Shown: positions 52,666 through 64,000 of the stretch, piece by piece
Position numbering within the stretch: the stretch's first letter is position 1
Layout: each line of letters begins with the position of its first letter
Assembly (NCBI RefSeq): GCF_009914755.1
Contig: NC_060934.1
Direction: 5' to 3' (one strand)
Length of the DNA: 64,000 nt
Source of the DNA: the human T2T-CHM13v2.0 reference genome, Homo sapiens
Made by a program: the position numbers and the translations under genes
Notes under the pieces: model-generated
Told to the model about the DNA's origin: nothing
Seen by the model: only the letters and a program-made list of their open reading frames with translations
Database searches by the model: none

Positions 52666-54139
52666 TATATCTTTTTTAATCTTATTTTTGCAATCTAAGT
52701 AGTAGTGAATTATTACAACTTCACTAGAATTCTGTTATCCACAATTTTCCTTCCATTTTCATTGATGTCCCCAAGTCCCTTGTTCTGAGCAACTTGAATT
52801 CCACTACCTACCTTCCCTTCTCTGTATCCCTATCCTTATTTCCATTCATACTGTATCTAATTCCTTTCATATTTCAGCCTGTCTTGTGGCAAACCAATCT
52901 TAAGTCCTGACTTTCTCTTTGCTCAATTTGCCAAACATAGCACATCAGCAGTAAGGACATTTCTGAATGCAATTCATCAACAGATTAGGTGGTGTTGCGA
53001 TAAATCAAAATTTCCAGATTAGATTTCCAGAGCCTCAAAGGGAAACTCGGACGGGTTTCTCTTGCCACTGGTCCCTAAGGTAGAACACAATAGATTTATG
53101 GATGGTGTCATCTTCAACATGTCCACCAGATTACAGTCCAGTAGTTCTCTTGTTTGGCTTGAATCCATTGGCTGTACTAATTACTGAGATGGCTTTATGT
53201 GTGATCATGCCAAACAGCATCTTTGTTTGGATTTAGAGTTCTAGCAAAAAGGAAGCAAGAATGGCTTCTAGCCCAGAGATGATTTGCAAAAATACAAAGC
53301 AACCAAAAGGAGCAGAAAAATGACTCGCCAGAAATTTCAAACAAATGCTTCCCTCTAATAACATTTACTGGTGAAACAAACACAGAATAGGATGACAGTG
53401 CTTGGCTTGTAGGCAAAATTTTGGCTTAGTGTTTTTAGCCAAATTTCCATGTAACTTAAAGAGCTTAAGTTTTCCTGGGTGCCAAAAAGTGAAATCTCAT
53501 CCACATTCCAAATCCTAGGGGCCTCTGGATAAAGGTAATTGAATCATAAATGACACGTAATTTCATGAAGATAAAGTCTGAATGAAGCAGAGATTGTTTC
53601 CTCCAAAAAACGAATTATGAGAAATACAATAACAAATTCTTTCTCCTCTCTTCCCACATGTTTCTGCCATGCTTGTTTTATCTGTGTTCAATATATTTAC
53701 CTGATAGCTAATTGGCATCCTTCTCCTCTTCTCCTCCTTATGCTAGATCCGCACTCCGTATTGGGAATGAACCACCTACTTCTCCTACTGCTTGGCTTGA
53801 TACTATGACTCTGTGATCTTCCCCCAACCACAGACATTGGTCATATTACCTCTCAGTTCCAGATATGATGCTACAACTCTTTTTTTTCCACATTTGTGCA
53901 TCCACCCAACTCTCTCCATGACACCAAAGTAGGGAAAACATCCTCCTATCCTGTAGAGTCTTCCTTGTGAAGAAGGCTCTCATTAGGCCATAAATGGGGC
54001 TACCATGTACTTCATCGAATCTAATCTTTTGGGCTCAATCTCCATTACACTCAGCAAACTAGACTAAAAATTTCCCCTTTCCTCCAATAATCAACCATTG
54101 TCCTAGTACCAAGCTTACATGCAATATCTCCATCTTGCT

Positions 54140-54740
54140 TTGACCATGCATTCCACAATAATTTCCTGAGAACTTACCTTGTGCCCTGCCCTGAGTTACA
54201 AGCTGAATGCACAGATATAAAAGTTTCTGACCTTGTTTGTATTTGTTTTCTAGGCTACTATTAAAAAAAAAAAAGTACCACAAACCAGATGGCTTAAAGC
54301 AACAGAAATTTGTGACTCACAGTTCTGGAGGCCAGAAATTCAAAATCAAGGTGTCAGCAGGTTAGTTCTTTCTGAAAGCCCTGAGAGAGCACCTCTTTCA
54401 TGTCTCTCATGTAGCTCCTGAGAGTTGCTAGCTAATTATATCTGCAAAAATCCTTTTCAAAATAAGATCACATTCAGAGGTTCTGGGTGGACATGTGTCA
54501 CACCATTCAACCCGGTACACTTTTCTTAAGAAATTCATAGTCTAGTGGTAGATAGAGATAATTAAAGAATAAACTACCACCCAGTTTAATGTGAGGTTTG
54601 AGAATGATAAGCTACTATGCTATAGAAGTACAAAGGAGAAACATCTAACTAGCTTGGGATTAGGAAAAATCTCTCCTATGGATTCTATGTCCTTCAATGA
54701 GGGTAGAAGGATAAATAAAAATCAGGTAGGGCAGGAGGAT
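54140..54740 (-). mobile_element. L2 3' region interrupted by the MLT1 LTR
   Basis: atttcctgagaacttaccttgtgcc...; resumes cttaagaaattcatagtctagtgg...tgctatagaagtacaaaggaga. Confidence 0.6.
54238..54519 (-). mobile_element. MLT1C-like LTR, internally deleted
   Basis: tgtatttgttttctaggct...ggcttaaagcaacagaaatt..ctcacagttctggaggccagaa..aaaatcaaggtgtcagcagg...ccattcaacccggtaca. Confidence 0.85.
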
Positions 54741-55299
54741 ATAGAAAGGTTACCAGGATGTATTAATCCCCCAACAGGTGTTGGAGACCATGAATCTAAA
54801 GTAGCACCCATTTCTAGGTTTGTCTTATGTTCTCTAGATATACCAAGCAGTCACAATGCAAGAGAAAAGGAAGGCATATATTTGTATTTACCCAAGCTCA
54901 TGGTATTAGGGAGGGGAAGAGAGAGAAGGAGATGAGGCTATTGGTGAGAATATAGAAAAAGAAGTGAACCTGAGAAGACATCGATAGATAGAACAGCATG
55001 GAAAATTGAGGGTCTTCTGCCTTATTAAACTGAAAGATGAGGTGAGGCATCTAGATGGCAGAAGACATAGAACTTCATGTTCAGAGCGTAGTAAGTTCCA
55101 GAAGTAGAAAGATCCTAGGTGTCAGGAAGTTGGATGGATATTTCTGCATGTGACCTAAAGTAAAATCAGGTCTTAGGGTAGGGTAGAAGGCTAGACTAGG
55201 TGCCCAAATTGCTTGAATTGTAATATGTGACCAAACGAATAGTAGAAAGGGAGAATTAGAAAGTTTTATGGTTGGATGTCATCAGCTTTGATAACCATT

Positions 55300-55523
55300 A
55301 TAGTTGCTAATATTTATTAAGTGTCTTCTAAGAGCCAGGTATGGATATATATGTTAATTTAATTTTTGAAATATCTATATGGGTATATGCATATCTACCA
55401 TTATTTACTTCAATTTACTGGTGAGCACTATAAGAATGAGTCAAATAACTGTTCAGTAAGTGGTATAGCAGCATTTTATTCAGGCCATCCAACCCCTGGT
55501 GGTTTTGCACACTTAATTACTAC
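55300..55523 (-). mobile_element. MIR
   Basis: gctaatatttattaagtgtcttctaagagccagg...cagtaagtggtatagc. Confidence 0.55.
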
Positions 55524-56689
55524 CTAAGATGAGGGGTATGGTTTATTTGGGTTCAGAGAAATAATTTGGAATGGGCACTGAGGGCTTCCTACCTCGGAAT
55601 GAGCATCTGCTGATGAAGACTGCCATAAATCAGCATCAGCAGGGTATGTGGAACGTTAGTTTTATCACATAGAGGCAAGACTCAGTGAGGACTTTGATGA
55701 TGGGCATGTGCTGGTTTAACATATAGCAAGACCTTAAAGGCTCCAGTGCTAGAGGAAGCGCAACAGTGTGAAGGTGGATTTTGGAAGCAGAAACTCTAAA
55801 ACAATATGGAGTTAAGAGAAGATGTGCATTTTATTATAGAATAAAAAGTTGCAAGAATATGAGGCAGAAAATTTTGGCTAGTTCTAGGATTTCACAAAAG
55901 AATCTGGATAGAGCTGTTTACCACCATGATGGATTATAACCCAGTGAGCTATCAGAGGCTTGGTGATGCCACTAGACAAGGCATCATGTTGAGCATCTTT
56001 GCACAATGCACAATCTTTATGCTGCCAGGTTCACCGTGATATATTTATATTTATAATAAATTTTATCTTAGATTCTCTCTGGGCTACAGATCAAAATTTT
56101 AAAAAGGTAAGTCTCTACTCCATTTCGAGGCTGCTTGTTGACTGGTCTGGTCATTCTTTGTCTTTGTCATTGGGTGATCAGCTAAGTTTGGTGGTGGAAA
56201 ACATACACCAGGCTTGCAGGTAGCTGAGGCTTGCTGGGGCCAGGGATTATCCTCCAAGCTGCCATTCTGAGCATGGCAACCCAGATCTTATTCATTCAAC
56301 AGATGCAGTGCTGCAGATTCTGTGTGAATTCAAAGAAAGGAGGACTCAAACAAGAGGTAATAGACTTGTGGGATTTCAGATATTGATCACATCCTTGTCC
56401 AAGTGGAGAAAAATTTTCTACATCAGATCCCAGTGAATGAGCTCATCATAATACTGTGAAATCAAGACTTCCAAATCCGTTAAACCGGAAAACCTCAAAT
56501 CTAAACAGACATTCAAAGCCACTCAAGACGCAGACAAAAGCACTATCTGCCGGAGTATACAGGCTACCAACTTGATAACAATTATGCATCCATACATATA
56601 CACGTGCACATATGTGCATGAGTGTGCACACATACACACACATAAGAAAAGTGATTCATCTGGTCTAATGCAGGAGAAGGAAAACCCTT

Positions 56690-57192
56690 AGCATGATGCT
56701 AAATACAGAAGTAATAATAAAGTTAGAAAATCCCCACTTGTACTACAACTAGTGAATGAATATTTCATGGGGAAAAGGATACTTACATAGTCTCAAAGTT
56801 TCTTCCCACAATTTATTTTTTTACAAAAGGGAAAAAAATAATAATTTCACAATTGAGAAACCTGGTGAATTACCATGTTAAACAAGTGATTAAAGTTAAT
56901 ATAACTAATATTGGGTAATCTAGAATCATATGATATTTGATATAAATGCATTGAGAAGTATACAATATTGCTCCTGTTCCACAAGTGACAAGTAATAATA
57001 AAAGCATAAATAAATAAAATGAGAAGACATCAGACAAACACAAATTGATGGACATTCTAACACTGTGCCTGCAGTGTTAGAATATTCATATTAAAGGAGA
57101 CTGAAGATTCATGACAATTAAATGCAATGCTTTTAATATTGGATTACTAAACTGAGAAAATAACTATACAAAGGACATTATGGGGAAAATGG
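56690..57192 (+). mobile_element. L1MC4/5-like 3' UTR
   Basis: gagaaacctgg...aacaagtgattaaagttaa...catcagacaaacacaaattga.ggacattcta...ttaaaggagact..atgacaattaaatgcaa. Confidence 0.8.
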
Positions 57193-57340
57193 GCAAGTCA
57201 CTTAACCATTCTGTGTCTCATTTTTCTAAACTGACAAAGGGGGCTAAACCTATTCATCTCCAAAAGTTATTAGTGCATGAAATGAGATATCTTTGTGAAG
57301 TATGTAGCACAGTTCTGAGCATAATAAATATCTAATATAT
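57191..57340 (+). mobile_element. MIR
   Basis: gggcaagtcacttaaccattctgtgtctcatttt. Confidence 0.7.
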
Positions 57341-57509
57341 ACTCACTGATAGCTTTCTTATTCACCATAGTCCCCTTTCTCCACTCCGTTATTTATTCTT
57401 ACTTTGTAGTTGGGCTGATTCTGACAATGTTATTTATTTTTGCCACCTAATTGTAGCCTTTTGGGTAACTTTTGCAACTGCCCAATGCCAAGTTGTAATA
57501 AGTCAGCTT

Positions 57510-57966
57510 CTGGCCTTTGCTTTCTCTTCTACCTGCTTATAGTGTCTGTGTGTGAGTGCGTCTGAGGGTCTGAGCCTTCTCTCCTGATATTACCTACATT
57601 TGTTCTCAAATGTCACTGTCTGAGTAATACTTTCCCTGACTATCTGCCAGAGTATGATGACTACATTTACATGGAAATCTACATTTACATGGAAATCTAC
57701 AACTACTCAGCAATTTCTAACCTCCTTCATTTTTCCTTATAATATGCATACTTTAACATACAACAGGCATTTACTTGATTGTTTTACTTGGTTATTTTCT
57801 GTCTTCCCCTCATTGGAATGTAACCTCCAGGAGGGCAGGATATTTTGGCTGTTCTTATTTGATATATCTCAAGCATCTGGAACAGAATTGACACTTCAAA
57901 GATGCCTGTTGAAGGGATCATAAAGGCATTTATGAAAGGCATTCATAAATACTTGTCAATGAATGA
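57510..57966 (+). mobile_element. L2a 3' end containing an 18-bp tandem duplication (57661-57701)
   Basis: ctcaaatgtcact..tttccctgac; ggaatgtaacctccaggagggcagg; ctacatttacatggaaat x2. Confidence 0.75.
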
Positions 57967-58549
57967 GTTTTTCTCATTTACCTGGGAGGTGCCTTCTCCT
58001 TTCTTAGATGAGGTGTGCATATGACACACATGGCAGCCACTGTGTGCCAAAGTGGGAATTTATGGCCATTATTTAGGTTAATTAGTATTTCTCAAACTGA
58101 GTTTCACAAAGAAGAACTCAGAAGTTTATGAATTCATGTAGAACTAAAAAGATGAATTCTCTAAGATTGTATTGGAGTAATTATAGAAATGAGAGTGAAA
58201 ATTTGGGACATGTGAAATATAAGGAAATGAAACTTATCCAGAGAGTTTCTTGCCAAAAAAAAAAGATTAGATTACCTTGTTACACAGAAAAATGGGGCCA
58301 CATGACAGAGTCCCCATTCAGAAACTAGGAATAAAAGGAAAACAGAAATAAAGGTATTTTAAGTGAATGTGAGGAGAAGTAAGTGTCCAATTATACCTAA
58401 TAATTTAGGGTGTCACCATAACAAGTTTCTAAATATTTCAAAAATTACACTATATTGAATGTATACTTTTAAAGAAAAGTATGAATTAACTTTTTTCATG
58501 CCAAGAAAATGCTCATTCACAATTATAAAATTAAACTCAAAAAAGCATA

Positions 58550-60948
58550 TTTTGGTAAGGACAGTTAACATGAGATCTATCTGGTTAACAATATTTTAAG
58601 TGTCTAATGAATTATTTTTTACTATAGGGACAATGTTGTGCAGCAGCTCTCCAGAGCTTATTTATCTTGCTTAACTAAAACTTTATACCCATTGATTAGA
58701 AACTCCCTATTAACTCTTCCCCCAGTTCCTGGCAATGACCACCACTCCCTGATTCTATTAATTTGACTATTTTAGATACCTCAGAGTAGGGTAATCACAC
58801 AATATATGTCTTTCTGTGGCTGACTTATTTCACTTATCATTATGTTCTCAAAGTTCATCCATGTTGTTGCATATTGCAGAATTTCCTTTTTTAAAGGCTG
58901 AATGGTACTGTATTTTATGTATATAACACATTTTCTTTACTCACTTATTTGTCAACAGACAATAAAGTTTCACAACTTCATTGTAAATAAATATGCAATA
59001 AATATGAGTGCTAATATCTCTTCAAGACACTAATTTCAATTATTTGGACAGATACCCAGAAATGAAACTGTTGTATTATATAGTAGTTCTATTTTTTAGT
59101 TTTTCCATTAACCTCCATACTGTTTTATGTAGTAGCTGTACTAATTTACATTCCCGCCAATTGTGTGCAAGTGTTTCCGATTCTCTGTGTCCTTACCGGC
59201 ATCTATTGTTTTTTGTCTTTTTAATAATAGCCATTCTTTGATAATAGCTATCCTGACAGTTATGAGGTGATACCTCATTGCAGCTTGGATTTGCATTTTC
59301 CTGATAATTAGTGATGTTGAGCATCCTTCATATATCTGTTGGGCAGTTGTATATCTTCTTGGGGTAAGTTCATAGCCCATTGTTTAACCTGGTTATACCT
59401 GTTACTTTACTATTGAGTTCCAGGAGTTTCTTATATATTTTGGATAATAAATCATTATCGGAAATATGATTTGCAATTTTTTCCCTTTCTGTGGGTGTTC
59501 TTTTCATTCCATTTATTGATTTATTTTCTCTAGGGAAGCTTTTTAGTTTGACATAGCCCCACTTATTTATTTTTGGTTTTGTTCTTTGTCTTTTATTGTA
59601 TTATTCGTGAAATAATTGCTGAGACCAATGACATGAAGTTTTTTCCCTATACTTTCTTATAGTATCATTATAGTTTCAGGTGTTATGTTTGAGTTTTTAA
59701 TCCATTTTGAATTGATTTTCTTGTGTGTATGATGTAAAATAAGATTCAATTCCATTCTTTTGCATGTGGAAATCCAGTTTTCCCAGTGTCTTTTGTTGAA
59801 GAGACTGTCCTTTCTCCATTGTATATTCTTGGCAGCCTTGTCAAAGATCAGTCGATTGTATGCATGGATTTATATCTGGGGCCTCTATTTTATTCTTTAT
59901 TTTATATGTCTGTGCTTATGCCAGTAGCATACTCTTTGGTTACTGTTGCTTTGTAGTTTATTTTTTAAAATCAGGCCATGTGTTGTCTTCTACTTTGGTA
60001 TTTCTCAAGATTCATTGGCTATTTATGCTCTTTAAGGATGCCATATTAATTGTAAAACTTTTTTAAATGTCTATAAAACAGTCACTGGGATTCTGATAGC
60101 AATTGCATTAAATCTGTAGATTGCTTTAGTGAATATGAATATTTTTACAATATTAAGTCTTTTAGTTCATAAAACTTTATTCCTAGGCATTTAATTCTTT
60201 TGAAGCTATTGTAATAGGACTTTTTCTTAATTTCCTTTTCAGATAGTTCATTGTTAGTGTATAAAGACACACAAAAAGTTGTTTGTTGATTTTGTATTCC
60301 GCAACTTTATCGAATTCTTCATAAGCTCTGACATTTTTTGTGGAATATATATATATATATAGTATATATATATTATATATATACACACATATATATATAT
60401 ACTATATATACATATAAAATTATCTGCAAGTATGGACAATTTCACTTCTTCCTTTTCAATTAGAATGTCTCTTAAATTTTTTCTTGTCTAATTGCCCTGG
60501 CAAAGACTTCCAGTACTATGTTGAATTGATATGGCAAGAGTGAATATCCTCTCCTTGTGGCTGATTTTGGAGCAAAGGCTTTTAGTCTTTCACTGTTGAG
60601 CATTATATTAATTGTGAACTCTTCATATATGACCTTCATTACTTTAAGGTTTTTCCTTCTATGCCTAATTATTACAAGTTTTTTTAATAATGAAAGGATA
60701 TTAAATTTTGTCAAATGACAAAATACATTTTTCTGCATTTATTGATATAATCATGTGACTTTTATCTTTTATTCTGTTATCTTAGTTAGTCTACCTAATA
60801 GTTTGTCAATTTTGTCTTTAAAAAAACTCTTAGTTTCATTTACTTTTAAATTGTTTTTCTTTTTTAGACATTTTTATTTGTTCACATCTATGGTTTTCTT
60901 TTCTATTTTCTATTTTATTTATTTTTACTGTAAATTTTGTTATTTCTT
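58550..60948 (-). mobile_element. L1MA9-like 3' UTR and ORF2 remnants; (TA)n at ~60346-60415
   Basis: ttaacatgagatcta...ttttaagtgt..actataggga.caatgttgtgcagcag..ctttatacccattga; ttgtcaaagatcagt; agacttccagtactatgttgaa. Confidence 0.88.
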
Positions 60949-61769
60949 ATAATAGCATAAGAAGTATGAAACTCATTAATAGTGAATATATTAACAAACA
61001 TGGAATACTTTCTACTATAATGGTGGTGGTTAAATAACTTTTAATTATATTATTAAAGTTAAAAGACAAAAGTATTACAAATAAGCATAACTATAAATAT
61101 GTTAAAAGACACACAATATAAGTAGATGTAAATTATAACAATAATAACATAAACAGTGAGAAGAAGAGAAGTTAAAGTGTAGTCTTTGCATGTGACTGAA
61201 TTTAAGTTGTTGTCAGCTTCAAACAGTCTGTTACAAATATGCCATTTTATATAATCCCCAAAGTAACTGCACACACAAAAATACCTATAGATGTTACACA
61301 CAAGAAAAAGAGAAAAGAATCAAAGTATAACAATATGTAAATGAACAAAACACAAAGATGACAGTGAGAGGAAAAGGCAGGCAAAAGAACTATTTGACTA
61401 ATGGAAAACAGCTAACAAAATGACAATGGTAAATTCTTCTCTATTGATAATTACTTTAAATGTTAATGGTTTGAACTACTTAATCAAAAGGTATAGAATG
61501 GATAAATAAATTAATAAACAAGACCCAACTATATGCTGCCTACAAAAGACTTACTTCACTAAGGACATGCATAAACTAAAAGTAAATAGATGAAAAAAGA
61601 TGTCCCATGCAAATGAAAACCAAAATAGAAGAGGGGCAGCCATACTTAGATAAAATAATCTGTTTGTTAAAAATTGTGACAAAAGAAAAGAATGTTATTA
61701 TATGTTGGTAAAGAGGTCAATTCATCAAATGTTTATACAAACATTTGTCTGTCTATCTATCATCTATAT

Positions 61770-61807
<38 letters not shown>

Positions 61808-61998
61808 GCAACCAACTTTGGAGAATCTAAACATATAAAGCAAATATTAACAGATCTGAAGGGAGAAATAGATAGCAATAGAGTAATAGTAGATGACTTC
61901 AATGCCTCACTTTAAATAATGGAAATATTATACAGATAGAAAATAAAGAAACAATGGACTTGTAATATACCTTAGAACAAATACACCTGACAGACATA

Positions 61999-62175
61999 AA
62001 ATAAGTCTTCACTCCACATCAACTTTAAGTAAAATTACATGCAGTATGCTATAGGAACTTGACTTTTTTAATATTAATTAGCTTAGGGTAAAATTGATTT
62101 CATTATACAATCCACTGTTTTACTTAAAATCAGTTTCCAAGAACCTATCGATAACTTGGAATGAGGACTTAACTC
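61999..62175. mobile_element. MER6B/C-like TcMar-Tigger MITE with TA flanks
   Basis: TIR-like ataagtcttcact ... gaggacttaact; cagtttccaagaacctatcga; ta on both sides. Confidence 0.7.
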
Positions 62176-62513
62176 TATACAGAAAATTTCTTTCAATAGC
62201 AGCAGAGTAAACATTCTTTTCAAGCATACGTGAAACATTTTCCAGGATAGATCATATGTTAGGTCAGAAAACAAGTCTTAACAAATTTAAGAAGATTGAA
62301 ATCATATGAAGCATTTTTTCTGAGCACAATGGTATGAAACTAGAAATAAATGACAGCAAGGACAAAGCCAGAAAAATTACAAATATGTGGAAATTAAACA
62401 ACACCCTGCTGAACAACAAATAACTCAAATAAGAAATTAAAAGCAAAATAAGAAAATATCTTGAGACAAATAAAAATGGAAACAAAATATATGAGATATA
62501 CAGCAAAAGCAGG

Positions 62514-63688
62514 TTTTTTTTCAACTTTTATTTTAGAATCAGGGTACACGTGCAGATTTGTTACAAAGGTATAATTCATGATGCTGAGGCTCAGAGTATG
62601 ATTGAATCCATCACCCAGGTAGTAAGCATAGTACCCAAGAAGTCGTTTTTCACCTTTTGCTCCCTTCCCTGTCTCCACCTCTAGCAGGCCCTTCTATTGT
62701 TCACATCATTATGTCCATGTGTACCCAAAGTTTAGCTCCCACCTATAAGTGAGAGCATGTGGTATTTGGTTTTCTGTTTCTATGTTAGTTCACTTAGAAT
62801 AATGACTTCCAGCTACATCCATGTTGCTGCAAAGGACAAGGTTTTGTTCTTTTTTATGGCTGCATAGTATTCCCTGGCGTATATATACAGCATTTTCTTT
62901 ATCCAGTCCATTTTTTATTTTTTATTTTTTTGAGACGGAGTCCCGCTCTGTCGCCCAGGCTGGAGTGAGTGCAGTGGCGCTATCTCTGCTCACTGCAAGC
63001 TCCACCTCCCAGGTTCAGCCATTCTCCCGCCTCAGCCTCCTGAGTAGCTGGGACTACAGGCGCCTGCCACTGTGCCTGGCTAATTTTTTGTATTTTTAGT
63101 AGAGACGGGGTTTCACCGTGTTAGCCAGGATGGTCTCGATCTCCTGACCTCGTGATCCGCCCGCGTCGGCCTCCCAAAGTGCTGGGATTACAGACTTGAG
63201 CCACTGCGCCCGGCCTATCCAGTCCACTATTGATAGGCACCTGGGTTGATTCCATGTTTTAGCCATTGTGAATAGTGCTGTAATAAACACAAAGGTGCAT
63301 GTGTCCTTTAGGTAAAACAATTTATTTTTCTTTGAATTTATACCCCGTAATGGGATTGCTGGATCAGATCGTAGTTCAACTCTTAGTTCTGTGAGAAATC
63401 TTCAAACTGTTCTCCACAATAGCCAGATTAATTTACATTTCCACTAACAGCGTGTAAGTGTCTCCTTTACTCCATAACCTCATTAACATCTGTTATTTTT
63501 TTTACTTTGTAACAAAAGCCATTCTGATTTGTGTAAGATATTATCTCATTATGGTTTTGATTTGCATTTATCTGATAATTAGTGACGATGAACATTTTTT
63601 TCATATCTTTGTTTGCCACTTCTATATCTTCTTTCAAGAAATATCTGTTCATATAGTTTGCCTAAATTTTAATAGGGCTATTTGTTTT
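62514..63688 (-). mobile_element. L1PA16/17-like 3' portion
   Basis: ttttattttagaatcagggtacacgtgcag...atgatgctgagg..catcacccaggtagtaagcatagtaccca; flanked by caaaagc repeats. Confidence 0.88.
62911..63215 (-). mobile_element. AluY with TSD tatccagtcca, nested in L1PA16
   Basis: TSD 62900-62910 / 63216-63226; ctgcaagctcc, cgtgttagccaggatggtctcgatc. Confidence 0.96.
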
Positions 63689-64000
63689 AACAAAAGCCAT
63701 TTTCAAAGGAAAGTGTATAATAACGAATGTCTACATTATAAAAAAGTAAGATGTCAAATAAACAAGCTAAATTTAACTTCAAAAAAGTAGAAATAGAACA
63801 CACTAAGCCCAAAATTAGTAAAAGGAAGGAAATAACAATCATAGAAGAAATAAATGAAAGAGAGACTAGAAAAACAACAGAAAAAAATATGTAAAAAGAA
63901 GAGCTGGTTTTTTGAAAATGTAAACAAAACTGATCAACTCTTAGCTAAATAGAAAAAAAGATATAAAACATTCAAATAAACAAAATCAGGAATGAAAGAG

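Larger units (their letters stand above)
60950..64000 (+). mobile_element. L1MA-type inter-ORF and ORF2 5' part, interrupted by MER6, L1PA16 and AluY; (TATC)n at 61748-61806
   Basis: ataattactttaaatgttaatgg; caagacccaactatatgctgcctacaa; ccaggatagatcatatgttagg; resumes at ~63689. Confidence 0.85.

Noticed and set aside
52334-54110. Possible further ERVL/MaLR internal (pro/gag) sequence right of Blackjack
   Set aside because: Only a weak HPVI-like hint; cannot be supported without a profile search
63160-63215. AluY variants (gctcaagtc, ggccgacgcgg) reminiscent of Old World monkey AluY diagnostics
   Set aside because: Only a partial match in one copy; other AluYs look generic, so no species inference is made

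Overview
Primate (human-like) non-coding genomic DNA. I find no protein-coding gene, RNA gene, CpG island or prokaryotic system; the listed ORFs are repeat-derived or chance. The left ~37 kb is unique sequence mixed with MIR/L2 SINE-LINE relics, Alus, hAT MITEs (MER20, MER5) and solo LTRs (MER68, MLT1, LTR33, MER39, LTR9). The right ~27 kb is an AT-rich pile of nested insertions. An ancient ERVL/MaLR-type pol fossil (RT-connection, RNase H, integrase; minus strand) is split in three collinear pieces by an Alu-monomer cluster and a ~9.8 kb Russian-doll L1 stack (L1MB4 > L1MA > L1PA13-15, plus L1PA5). Next come a decayed hAT-Blackjack transposase and further L1MA/L1PA16/Alu/MER6 nests. The most notable items are: the reconstructable split pol fossil; a ~245 bp non-tandem self-templated duplication inside an L1; a 58-bp dispersed direct repeat in unique DNA; a probable L1 3' transduction; a twin-priming-like inversion in an old L1; and several perfect template-switch-type hairpins. 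Subfamily names come from recalled consensus motifs and need RepeatMasker/Dfam confirmation.
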